Positions 1 through 8,788 of a DNA stretch of 29,204 bases are shown here, in pieces. Source of the stretch: a virus (taxonomy: Duplodnaviria; Caudoviricetes). Every line of letters starts with the position of its first letter. The first letter of the stretch is position 1. The stretch covers positions 1-29,204 of IMG/VR virus record IMGVR_UViG_3300020474_000074; one strand, 5' to 3'. The translations under genes and the position numbers were made by a program. A model generated the notes under the pieces. That model did not search any database and was not told where the DNA came from. It saw only the letters and a list, made by a program, of their open reading frames with translations.

Positions 1-1578
1 TCCCTGTAGGAATACACTAGCAGGTGTATTAGGTTTGTTTGAACCAAAACTGGTTACACCATTAGCAACTGTTTTAAAGGAATCAGATTGATCTTTAAAG
101 ACACCCTTAGTGTATTTATTTTGTTGTTGTACAAAACGTTCATTTAAAGTTTTAGCTGCATCAGGATCAATACCACTTAAAGCATCAACAGCTTCTTGTG
201 TAATAAAACCATTAGGAATAGCTTCATACTGTTCAATTGATCTAGCCTTTGCTAGTGCTTCATTAGTATAGCTTTCTTCATACTTTTGAATTGTGGCTGG
301 TACTTTACCATAAGTGTCTCTAAAAAATCTTATAGCAGCTTCAGCATTAGCTTTACTACCATCTTCAGTAAGAGACGCTAAAAATCTCTTAGTATCTTCC
401 TTATAACTTACCTCGTCAGCTTGAATCTGTACCTCACGGTATTGGGTATCGCCACGCATACGTGCTATTTTAATAGCACCCATTCTGCCAGGATTGCTTA
501 AAGCAAAAGGTTGTCCTTTATTTACAGTAGCATTGGCGATCTGATCAAGGGTGAATAAATACTCACCGTTAAGATCTCTTTGAAGTGCTAACTTTTCAAA
601 CCATTCATAAGCTTTTCCATAATCACCGTTGTTATTTCTTACAATTGTATTGAAAGAAGAAACAATATTTTGATTAAAGGCAGTGGGGTTTTGAGTTAGA
701 ATTGTAGTAGCATTATCTGTTCTAATCCCCTGCTCTATTTGTATCTCACGCTTTCTGGCTTGTGTCTGGATACCTTGGTTAACTTTATTAACAGCTGCTA
801 ACCCATCACGTATCATCTCAGGTTTAAGATTTAAGATACCAGATTTTTGTACGAAATCCCTTTTGAAATTAGTAATAAATGCTGCAGTACCAGCAGAGTC
901 TAGACCCTCTGCTTCTAATAAAGCTTTGTTTAGTTGTTGTGGGTAGAGATTAGTTAGGATATAATTAGCCCTAGCTTGGTCTAATTTATAACGACCATTA
1001 CTATCCAAAGATCTTGCTTTAGAAATAGCAAGGGGGTTACCATTTTTAGCTTCAGCTACATCTAATGCACTTTGACGTACTTCTTCTGTAGCTGCTAGTT
1101 CATACTCACCTAAAAGTTGTTGGATTACTGGGTCAGAAGTGGGGTCAAGGTCAAACTCATTAAGTGCTTGTTGAGCAAGTTCATCAGACTTTGCCTTTTG
1201 TATCTCTTCGTATTTTTTAGTTGCTGTTTCACTAAATTCAGAAATACTCTCAAAGATTTTAGATTGTGTTCTTTGGTCTATTTCTAATTGGTTCCTAGCA
1301 GTTTGTGCATCCAACTGCATTTGACGCATCTCAGTGTTTTGATTCTGAGTTTGAATCTCAAAATTTCTTTGGCGATCTGATCTTTCTGCTTTTTGGTTTG
1401 CTCTTACTTCTCGACTAATACGTTCTCTTTGAGAAATATCAGCTTCAGCAGCAGTACGCATACCTTGTACGACACGATTACTATCTTCACGCATACGTGA
1501 GATAGCAGCATCGCTTACTTGTTGAGGGGAGAACCCTCTAGATCTAGCGGCTCCCCTGTATTGTACTTGTTTAGCCAT
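1..1578 (-). CDS. Internal virion (ejection) protein, gp15-like, 3'-truncated by the window edge
   Basis: Not in the ORF track because it runs off the edge. ATG at 1576-1578 gives MAKQVQYRGAARSRGFSPQQVSDAAISRMREDS..., and the same frame is open at both ends read. Helical, Q/E/A-rich. Sits downstream of the tail tube genes as in T7-like synteny. Confidence 0.7.
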   Translation of the reverse strand, partial: MAKQVQYRGAARSRGFSPQQVSDAAISRMREDSNRVVQGMRTAAEADISQRERISREVRANQKAERSDRQRNFEIQTQNQNTEMRQMQLDAQTARNQLEIDQRTQSKIFESISEFSETATKKYEEIQKAKSDELAQQALNEFDLDPTSDPVIQQLLGEYELAATEEVRQSALDVAEAKNGNPLAISKARSLDSNGRYKLDQARANYILTNLYPQQLNKALLEAEGLDSAGTAAFITNFKRDFVQKSGILNLKPEMIRDGLAAVNKVNQGIQTQARKREIQIEQGIRTDNATTILTQNPTAFNQNIVSSFNTIVRNNNGDYGKAYEWFEKLALQRDLNGEYLFTLDQIANATVNKGQPFALSNPGRMGAIKIARMRGDTQYREVQIQADEVSYKEDTKRFLASLTEDGSKANAEAAIRFFRDTYGKVPATIQKYEESYTNEALAKARSIEQYEAIPNGFITQEAVDALSGIDPDAAKTLNERFVQQQNKYTKGVFKDQSDSFKTVANGVTSFGSNKPNTPASVFLQG

Positions 1579-1603
1579 GGTTATTAAGTTACATTTTTAT
1601 GTA

Positions 1604-2620
1604 TTAGAAAGATGCAGGTACATTAAAGGCACCTCCAAATGCACCAGTATTAGATCCGAACGAACTGAAGCTCATACCGGAACCGATACTACCAGTACCG
1701 CCCCATGGACTTTGATAACCTCCTCCACCAATGCCACCTGCAATTGCTGTCGCAGCTGAAGTTAAGCCAGAAAATAGTGGAGCACTAACACTCTGTCTTG
1801 TAGGTGCTTGTACAGCTCCTGGTAATACTTTTTGAGGTTTAATAAAGATACGTTCAGGTGCTTGTTCAGGTTTCAATACTGCAGGCGGTCTTTCTGGTCT
1901 AATCATCATTGATGCTTTAGCACCCATATCAGCAGCATAACGCTGCATACCAATTTGTCTTAAGTTACGTTGTGATTGCTCAACAGAACTAGATAAACTA
2001 GCATCCATAATAGCAGCGTTACGTCCTAAAGATGCAATAGTAGATTGTAATGCTTTACCACGTGAATTACCAGATTGCCCTAATGCAGCTCTACCTTCAT
2101 TCTGAAGTTGATCGACAAGCATACCCTGCCTGCTAAAAGCATCTTCAGTATAAAGCTCATTTAATGCTGATTGTTCAGATTCATAAGCCTGCTGTGCTGC
2201 AATATTGTTGTATGCCAGCCGACTTTCAGTATTTTCTACAGACTTACCGTACTGTTTTATTGCAGATAAATACTGATAATCTTGGATTTCAGTCTGATAC
2301 CTCCAATTTCTTAGAGCAGTATCGTATTCATATTCTCTTTGTCGTTGATAGTTTGCTATATCAACTTTGAAGGCTTCCTTATTATATTCATTGGTAGCAT
2401 CAGCTGCATCTTCTGCAGCTTCCATCTGGTCTTTGTAAGCTTTTTCAGCTTTTCTATTAGCTTTATCAGCTTGGTTGCTTCCAAAAATGCCACCAGCAAT
2501 AGCAGAAATACCACTAACAATAGCCCCAGCACCAATTACAATGTTCATCTCTAGCCCAGATTCAGCTAGTTGTTCGTCTAATAGACTCCACCCTTTGGGA
2601 TTAAATTCAGTGTCAAACAT
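1604..2620 (-). CDS. Internal virion protein, gp14-like
   Basis: Gly/Ala-rich hydrophobic N-terminal stretch (GAGAIVSGISAIAGGIFGS), coiled-coil middle and Gly-rich C-terminus. Directly follows tail tubular B. Confidence 0.65.
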   Translation of the reverse strand: MFDTEFNPKGWSLLDEQLAESGLEMNIVIGAGAIVSGISAIAGGIFGSNQADKANRKAEKAYKDQMEAAEDAADATNEYNKEAFKVDIANYQRQREYEYDTALRNWRYQTEIQDYQYLSAIKQYGKSVENTESRLAYNNIAAQQAYESEQSALNELYTEDAFSRQGMLVDQLQNEGRAALGQSGNSRGKALQSTIASLGRNAAIMDASLSSSVEQSQRNLRQIGMQRYAADMGAKASMMIRPERPPAVLKPEQAPERIFIKPQKVLPGAVQAPTRQSVSAPLFSGLTSAATAIAGGIGGGGYQSPWGGTGSIGSGMSFSSFGSNTGAFGGAFNVPASF

Positions 2621-5136
2621 TAAGTCCTCTTATAAAAACGTGGGGAATAGTTACCTTCCCACATCATTGACACCAACGATACAGGGTATGGGAAATCACT
2701 TGTCACTTTTAATTCAAAATTAGTGTTACGTTGATGGATAGGTACAGTAAATATGTATTCAGGTTTTACTGGATTAGTTGATGCTTCATAATTATCAGAA
2801 ACAGTTACAGACTTAAGAGCTATCCACTCTTGGGTACTGTTTAACTTTGTTTTAAAAGTTAATGCACCATTTCTATTAGCAGATAGTTTTATTCTAGCAA
2901 TAGTTGTTACTGCTGTATAATCTGTAGTAACAGCATCACGTCTGTAATAAAGTTTAGGTAATACAACCTCAAAGTTAAAAGGATAACCTACGATAATACC
3001 ATCAGCAAGGTTTGACTGATCTTTTTGTACTTCAAAATAATAATAAGAACCGTCATACTTAGGTTTACCTTCTAAAGCTGTACCTTCTTCTGCACCAGGT
3101 TTACCGATTAGTACAGTAGAATCCTTTTCAGTAATAGGTTTAAATGGAACATACACTTTTGTTACATCATTCACTGCATCATAACTAACAGCAGTACCTC
3201 CACCATTATGTTTTGGCCTACAAGCAAAATCTAAACAAGGACTACCAGAAACACTACTAGCATTAGCTGTAACTTCTCCAGTTGGAATTTCGTCTAGTGT
3301 TATGGTTTGTAGTGTATATTCATCTTCATGCTGTATAATTAATGTTACATCATCATTTAGAATATAAGCAGATTGAATAGTACCATTTACTTGCCATTTA
3401 GTCCAAGCTTGGAACTGATTTTTTTCTCCATCATTATAGTATCTAAATAGATACATATAAGATGAATGCTTATCTACTAGAATACTTAATGAATTTTGTG
3501 GACTTACAATTAAATCGTCTACAGTATTGGGGATCCATTCTAACACCTGTTGACTGATATCAACAACCTGAGGGTTCTCCTCATCACCGCGTAATTGTAG
3601 AGAAAACACCTTACTATAAGATGAAACTTTGCTAACAAATACAGCAGTTGTTCCTACATCACGTGGTTCTATGTTACGATCCATCTCATAATTAGATATG
3701 GATCTGATAATAGTAGTTGATGGTGTTAAGATACTTGTGTCTGGCGAGAATACTATAAACTGCTGACGTTCACCAAATAAGGTTAAACCTTGTGGTGATG
3801 GTAGTACACTAAATAATTTGACAGGGCGTACACTGGCTACACTAAGATCAATAGGATCTGAGTCAATTTGTGTTAAGGCAGATTTTACAAAAAAGTTATA
3901 GGGGTCATTAGCAACACCAAGGATAATGTTATCGTCTGCCAATATACCAAATCTATTGTTATAAAAGAACGTTGATGTAATTTTATTACCAATAAAAGAG
4001 GGTATAGGGCTGGTTGTATCGTCTCCTGCAAAACGGTCTTTCCAAGCAATAGGGCCAAATGTAAATGTAGTTGGTCCTGTATTAGCCAACTCATGTGGCA
4101 TAGAAGTAGCAAGAAGACCAGGACTAGCATCGCGAGCAATCGTCTCTTTCCAAAAACCACGACCTCTATTTAGATTAGTATCATAAGCGATGAATTTAAC
4201 ATGATAATCATCTTCAGCACTATCACTGTTTAAGATTTTTACGTTATGACCTGTAAAAGATTCAAGGGGTAGTTTAGATACTTCAGTTACATCATCTTCA
4301 AACGCTTCTAGTGCATTGTTATTAAGACCACCTTTAGCATCGATTGTAAATCCTACAGGAGTACCTGTGACTGCACTATAATCAGTTACCACTGCATTAG
4401 AACCAGTACCACGTTTAATAACAATACTATTGTTGTAACCTTCTAAGTACCATATGCCATCAAAATCTGAGTTAGATGCTGTATGTTGTGCTTCAATAAC
4501 ACTTTTAATTTTATCGATAAGATGGTTGTTTGTATTTACACTACCAGAATCATACAACAACATATCATCAAATGTTGTGCTTGATTGTGCTGTTACCTTA
4601 GCTTCAACACCTTGAATATTAACAGTATATTCAAATGTATCAACAAGTGTAAGTAGTTTAAGCGTAGCAACTGAACTAGCAACAAATGTACCAGCTGCCT
4701 GCATAGTAGTTGTTACAGTTTTGTTTGTAATAATTGTTGTATCTTGAATACTACGGAAATGATAATCGTCCTCATTAGTGCCAGTAAGGTAAGAAGTAGC
4801 AATAGCGCCACCACCTGGTGCCGTCACCGTACACCACGTACCTGTATTGGTCCAGACATAAATGTTAGTACCTTTAATAGCACCTACATATGACTGAGCA
4901 GATGATCTATCAATAAAAAACCATGTAGCATTATCTAATTCAGTTTTGGTGAAAGCTGTTCCATTTTGTTTCTTCAGATGATCAGTAAACTTCATACCAG
5001 GTCTTTTTAATAGACCATAGGTAGCATCAGGATATCCGTTAATACACTCCGATACCTGACCTTCTAGTTTTTTGTCATCATTTTGTTTAGAGACACCACC
5101 AAGAAAATTAGGTGTCAGTTGTGTTACTACTGGCAT
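2620..5136 (-). CDS. Tail tubular protein B (nozzle, T7 gp12-like)
   Basis: 838 aa. N-terminus 'QLTPNFLGGVSKQ..GLLKRPG', internal 'FFYNNRFGIL', C-terminus 'WEGNYSPRFY', as in gp12 homologues. Synteny agrees. Confidence 0.92.
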   Translation of the reverse strand: MPVVTQLTPNFLGGVSKQNDDKKLEGQVSECINGYPDATYGLLKRPGMKFTDHLKKQNGTAFTKTELDNATWFFIDRSSAQSYVGAIKGTNIYVWTNTGTWCTVTAPGGGAIATSYLTGTNEDDYHFRSIQDTTIITNKTVTTTMQAAGTFVASSVATLKLLTLVDTFEYTVNIQGVEAKVTAQSSTTFDDMLLYDSGSVNTNNHLIDKIKSVIEAQHTASNSDFDGIWYLEGYNNSIVIKRGTGSNAVVTDYSAVTGTPVGFTIDAKGGLNNNALEAFEDDVTEVSKLPLESFTGHNVKILNSDSAEDDYHVKFIAYDTNLNRGRGFWKETIARDASPGLLATSMPHELANTGPTTFTFGPIAWKDRFAGDDTTSPIPSFIGNKITSTFFYNNRFGILADDNIILGVANDPYNFFVKSALTQIDSDPIDLSVASVRPVKLFSVLPSPQGLTLFGERQQFIVFSPDTSILTPSTTIIRSISNYEMDRNIEPRDVGTTAVFVSKVSSYSKVFSLQLRGDEENPQVVDISQQVLEWIPNTVDDLIVSPQNSLSILVDKHSSYMYLFRYYNDGEKNQFQAWTKWQVNGTIQSAYILNDDVTLIIQHEDEYTLQTITLDEIPTGEVTANASSVSGSPCLDFACRPKHNGGGTAVSYDAVNDVTKVYVPFKPITEKDSTVLIGKPGAEEGTALEGKPKYDGSYYYFEVQKDQSNLADGIIVGYPFNFEVVLPKLYYRRDAVTTDYTAVTTIARIKLSANRNGALTFKTKLNSTQEWIALKSVTVSDNYEASTNPVKPEYIFTVPIHQRNTNFELKVTSDFPYPVSLVSMMWEGNYSPRFYKRT

Positions 5137-6023
5137 TAGCGAATCAATGTATTAAAAGGACTGTAGCTTTTGTAAAAATTACCTTCTTGAGGAGCACCAA
5201 AGAAACTATGATTGCCTTGATTACATTCATATTCTAGTGCCATAGCTCTAGTAAAAGCTTCTTTTTGTTGTAGCATTTGGTATTGATTTGAATCACCTAG
5301 TACTCTACTGCAAAATACTACTGCAGCACGTGCTACAATATAATCTTGAATAGGTTTAGGTAGGTATTGATATTCCCAATTCCAAACAATATCTAAGTAA
5401 AAAGTTTCATCGCTATCCCATACATCAGTATGTTCAATTGTATCATAAAGATACCCACCACGATTAACAGCATGACGCCCTAGATTTGCTACGTAGTCTT
5501 GGCTTAGATCAACTTGCAACGCATTATTAGGAATAGCAATTTTCTTAGTACTAGCGTCTGGTTGTATGTTTTTGTAATTTCGTTCGATATTAAATGTCCA
5601 GCCTTCGGACTGTACTTCACGTGAAACTTCAGTTAAAGTATTATATGCAATCGCAACTTCCGGGTTGGTTTGTGTTTCTACTTTATAAGAAACAACTGAT
5701 TTAACTAGGTTTGTGCTAGATACGGTTTGAGAAATATTAACAGTATAGTTATATGTCTCAGGGTTTGTACCTTGAGCAACACCAGCAACAGCAATAGATG
5801 TATTAAGAGTTACACCAGTACCTGAAATATAAGTACCAACAGGAATAGAAGCCTCTTCAGTGGTCAATGTAGTGCCACTAATGGAGCCTAAAAAGTTCCC
5901 TTGTGGTTCAAGTACATAAGTAGATTCAGTTGTTAAAGTGTTCACGGGAGCCTGACCAACTGACGCCAGGATCTGATTAACAGCTTGTAGCTCAGTATTG
6001 GAGCCAGTAGTAGGAGAAGGCAT
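5136..6023 (-). CDS. Tail tubular protein A (adaptor, T7 gp11-like) with inserted beta-domain
   Basis: 'ELQAVNQILASVGQAPV' and 'VQSEGWTFN' motifs. Follows the capsid gene and terminator. Confidence 0.9.
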   Translation of the reverse strand: MPSPTTGSNTELQAVNQILASVGQAPVNTLTTESTYVLEPQGNFLGSISGTTLTTEEASIPVGTYISGTGVTLNTSIAVAGVAQGTNPETYNYTVNISQTVSSTNLVKSVVSYKVETQTNPEVAIAYNTLTEVSREVQSEGWTFNIERNYKNIQPDASTKKIAIPNNALQVDLSQDYVANLGRHAVNRGGYLYDTIEHTDVWDSDETFYLDIVWNWEYQYLPKPIQDYIVARAAVVFCSRVLGDSNQYQMLQQKEAFTRAMALEYECNQGNHSFFGAPQEGNFYKSYSPFNTLIR

Positions 6024-6057
6024 AATTGATAATGAGTATTATTCTCAATAAATAGTT

Positions 6058-6086
6058 AAAAAAAAGGAGACTCCGAAGAGACTCCC
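6058..6086 (-). terminator. Intrinsic terminator after the major capsid gene (T-phi equivalent)
   Basis: Minus strand GGGAGTCTC-TTCG-GAGTCTCC-TTTTTTTT: a UUCG-capped stem followed by a U8 tract, 15 nt after the capsid stop. Confidence 0.88.
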
Positions 6087-6100
6087 ATATGACATAAAAA

Positions 6101-7225
6101 TCAGAATGCAGAAGGAGCACTAGCACCAACATACAGTTCAACAGCTGCAGCGGGGTTAAGATAATCAGCGCCACATGCCAAACGTCCGAGCATAACATCA
6201 CCTTGATAAATCACGGAGACGTCGCCAGAAGTTACTTGTACTTGAGGACCAATTGCTTCAACCATACCGGCTGCTTCTTTTTGGAAGATAAGACCACAGG
6301 ACTTAGCACCGAATTGGGTTGCAGTACCATAATCATTGTTGATTCCAGTTTGTGCATCAGAAGCATCTTCAAGGGTTTCACCCACGAAGTCACCCACATT
6401 AGTAGGTGAGGTTACTCCCGTAGTACCACCGTAAGCAGTACCATACTTGCCAAGGAATGGGATATTCATTGACTTGTAAATCTTGATACCAGCAATTTCA
6501 ACAATACCTTGACCGGACTGCAAGGTAGAACCTTGTACGTCACGGTTAACAAGACCATTAGTACCAACAGCTTGGATCAGTTCATAGTACTGACGGGGGT
6601 TCAGGACAGCAACACGGCCATCAGAAGATACACCCTTTTCATCCATAGCTGATGCAGCATCATAGAATGCAGTTACCAGGTTAGCAGCAACATAAGCATC
6701 AGAATCGTTAGTAGTAGCACCAACACGAATCTGAGTACCACCGGGCTCTTCATAGTTAGTAGCACTAACAGGAGAAGCCTTACGTGCACCACGTGCAATA
6801 GCACGGAATACAAGGCGGTCATACTTTTCTGCCAAAGCGTAGCCGATTTTACGACTAATTTCTGAGCGCAGATCGTAGTGAGCAAGAACTTCATCAAGCT
6901 CATAAACAAATGCTGAGCTGATCAACAAATCATCACATGTGATTGTCTTCTCAGCTACTGGAGGAGCATTGTTGCTATCTCCAAGAATAGAATTACCAGG
7001 AGTATGGAATTCACTTTTTGTACGTCCAGTGAAAATGAACTGCATTGATTTGCCGTTCCTAAGCGTACGCTTCATGATCAAATCACGAGCGATCGTATTT
7101 CGCTGGAAGCCTTTGAACATCTCACCTGAAAATAATTTCAAGTAAAGAGCGCGGGTATCACCCGACAAGTTAGACTGACCCAGCTGAGTTAGCTGAGCCG
7201 GGTTAACAGAAGATTGAAAAGCCAT
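6101..7225 (-). CDS. Major capsid protein (T7 gp10-like)
   Basis: 'ALYLKLFSGEMFKGF', 'RTLRNGKSMQFIFTGR' and 'YDLRSEISRKIGYALA' are typical of cyanopodovirus capsids. 374 aa. Confidence 0.95.
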   Translation of the reverse strand: MAFQSSVNPAQLTQLGQSNLSGDTRALYLKLFSGEMFKGFQRNTIARDLIMKRTLRNGKSMQFIFTGRTKSEFHTPGNSILGDSNNAPPVAEKTITCDDLLISSAFVYELDEVLAHYDLRSEISRKIGYALAEKYDRLVFRAIARGARKASPVSATNYEEPGGTQIRVGATTNDSDAYVAANLVTAFYDAASAMDEKGVSSDGRVAVLNPRQYYELIQAVGTNGLVNRDVQGSTLQSGQGIVEIAGIKIYKSMNIPFLGKYGTAYGGTTGVTSPTNVGDFVGETLEDASDAQTGINNDYGTATQFGAKSCGLIFQKEAAGMVEAIGPQVQVTSGDVSVIYQGDVMLGRLACGADYLNPAAAVELYVGASAPSAF

Positions 7226-7252
7226 TTTAAAGAGAGTAGTAATATATCAACT

Positions 7253-7338
7253 CTCAAAGATCTTTGAGTTATTTAATTTGTATTGTGGTCTATCCCACCG
7301 TCTAGACGGCAAAGGGTATCCGCGTACGGGCCAATGCC
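7253..7338 (-). promoter_or_regulatory. Structured leader upstream of the capsid gene
   Basis: Perfect palindromes CTCAAAGATCTTTGAG (7253-7268) and CCGTCTAGACGG (7298-7309). Also a CCG-TACG-CGG hairpin inside a GGCA/TGCC stem, and a GTGG/CCAC hairpin. Confidence 0.45.
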
Positions 7339-7341
7339 AAT

Positions 7342-7383
7342 AGTGAAGAGGGGAATTGCACCCCTCATTAGATCTATCTCACT
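7342..7383 (-). other. tRNA-half-like (acceptor stem plus T-arm) RNA element, copy 1
   Basis: AGTGAG-ATAGATCTAAT-GAGGGG-TGCAATT-CCCCTC-TTCACT. Confidence 0.5.
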
Positions 7384-7426
7384 TAGTGTACTTTACACCG
7401 CGATAGCAATAAGTCTTGCCTTGCAT
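7379..7426 (-). CDS. Downstream peptide (DUF4278-like), 15 aa MQGKTYCYRGVKYTK
   Basis: YRGxxY signature, AAGGAG Shine-Dalgarno at 7433-7438, immediately downstream of the riboswitch. Confidence 0.8.
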   Translation of the reverse strand: MQGKTYCYRGVKYTK

Positions 7427-7448
7427 AGTATTCTCCTTTTAAGAAGAT

Positions 7449-7677
7449 CTAACTGTCCCGTTCCATACAGCTAGTGTCATGCGTCCATTGATTTATTAAA
7501 AGATACTTCTAATACCATTCTATCTAAATCAGATTTTAATCTTATTAAAGCCTCTTGTTCTGATGGATCACCACCAGGCCAAGTTTCTAGATATTTAGAT
7601 ACTGCTTTATGTGTTAAAACAATCCAAGTATCATTAACTGTTATTTGAAAGAATTCCATAAATCAATGAATGAACGG
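7449..7677 (-). ncRNA. Downstream-peptide / glutamine-II riboswitch with an expanded P2 loop
   Basis: Minus strand CCGTTCA-[13-bp stem, 161-nt loop]-CGCA-TGACA-CTAGCTGT-ATGGAACGGG-ACAGTTAG. CCGTTC can pair with loop GAACGG as a pseudoknot. Followed by a YRGxxY peptide ORF. Confidence 0.78.
7477..7659 (-). CDS. Hypothetical protein, 60 aa, WPGGDPxEQ motif, nested in the riboswitch
   Basis: ATG-initiated and on the coding strand. The WPGGDP.EQ motif is recalled from small picocyanobacterial/cyanophage proteins. Confidence 0.65.
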   Translation of the reverse strand: MEFFQITVNDTWIVLTHKAVSKYLETWPGGDPSEQEALIRLKSDLDRMVLEVSFNKSMDA

Positions 7678-7685
7678 ACGTATGT

Positions 7686-8720
7686 TTATGCAAGGTCTAG
7701 TGGGAAATTGTGTGCATTACGTTCATGCATAACTTCCATACCCAATCCTGCTCTGTTGAGTACATCTGCCCAGGTATTAATAACGTGAGTGTTATTATCA
7801 ACAATAGACTGATTAAAGTTAAAGCCATTTAAGTTGAACGCCATTGTAGAGACACCAAGAGCGGTAAACCAAATGCCAACAACAGGCCAAGCGGCAAGGA
7901 AAAAGTGGAGACTACGGCTGTTGTTAAAGCTAGCGTACTGGAAAATAAGCCTACCAAAATAGCCGTGCGCTGCAACGATGTTGTACGTCTCTTCTTCTTG
8001 CCCAAATTTGTAGCCATTGTTATGAGATTCATTTTCTGTTGTTTCACGTACGAGAGAAGATGTGACCAAAGATCCATGCATAGCTGAAAACAGTGAGCCA
8101 CCAAAAACACCAGCAACTCCCAACATGTGGAAGGGGTGCATGAGGATGTTGTGCTCGGCTTGGAATACCAACATATAATTAAAAGTACCGGAAATGCCAA
8201 GAGGCATAGCGTCTGAAAAGCTACCTTGTCCAAAGGGATAAACAAGGAATACAGCGGATGCCGCTGCCACGGGTGCGGAGTATGCAACACAAATCCAAGG
8301 GCGCATGCCCAGGCGATAGGACAATTCCCATTCCCTACCAAGGTATGCATAGATACCAATAAGGAAATGAAAGATGACAAGTTGAAAAGGTCCACCATTA
8401 TAGAGCCACTCGTCGAGTGAGGCAGCTTCCCAAATGGGGTAGAAATGTAGACCAATGGCGTTGCTGGAAGGAACAACAGCACCAGAAATGATGTTGTTGC
8501 CATACATCAGTGAACCTGCAACAGGCTCGCGGATGCCGTCGATATCAACCGGAGGTGCGGCGATGAAAGCGACGATGAAGCAAATGGTAGCGGCAAGCAG
8601 TGTGGGGATCATTAGTACTCCGAACCAACCAACATAAAGACGGTTGTTAGTACTGGTTACCCAGTCACAGAAGTTCTCCCAAAGATTATTTTGTTGTTGT
8701 TGTGAAATTGTAGCTGACAT
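7686..8720 (-). CDS. psbA: Photosystem II reaction centre protein D1
   Basis: [52 protein letters not shown]. 344 aa. Confidence 0.99.
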   Translation of the reverse strand: MSATISQQQQNNLWENFCDWVTSTNNRLYVGWFGVLMIPTLLAATICFIVAFIAAPPVDIDGIREPVAGSLMYGNNIISGAVVPSSNAIGLHFYPIWEAASLDEWLYNGGPFQLVIFHFLIGIYAYLGREWELSYRLGMRPWICVAYSAPVAAASAVFLVYPFGQGSFSDAMPLGISGTFNYMLVFQAEHNILMHPFHMLGVAGVFGGSLFSAMHGSLVTSSLVRETTENESHNNGYKFGQEEETYNIVAAHGYFGRLIFQYASFNNSRSLHFFLAAWPVVGIWFTALGVSTMAFNLNGFNFNQSIVDNNTHVINTWADVLNRAGLGMEVMHERNAHNFPLDLA

Positions 8721-8788
8721 TAAATTAGTAGTGCATTGTGTGTTTTGTTCAAAGTAAGTAAGACCAGTTTAAAGACTTGGCTGTCTAG

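Noticed and set aside
6101-6140. T7 10A/10B-type capsid frameshift extension
   Set aside because: No slippery sequence before the stop, and a terminator follows immediately.
7342-7383. Possible tRNA genes at the GGTGCAATTCC hairpins (also 8789-8828)
   Set aside because: No D-arm or anticodon arm. Only 10-11 nt lie between the outer stem and the T-like arm.
7829-8503. 224-aa alternative-frame ORF inside psbA
   Set aside because: No recognisable motifs. Explained by psbA codon usage.
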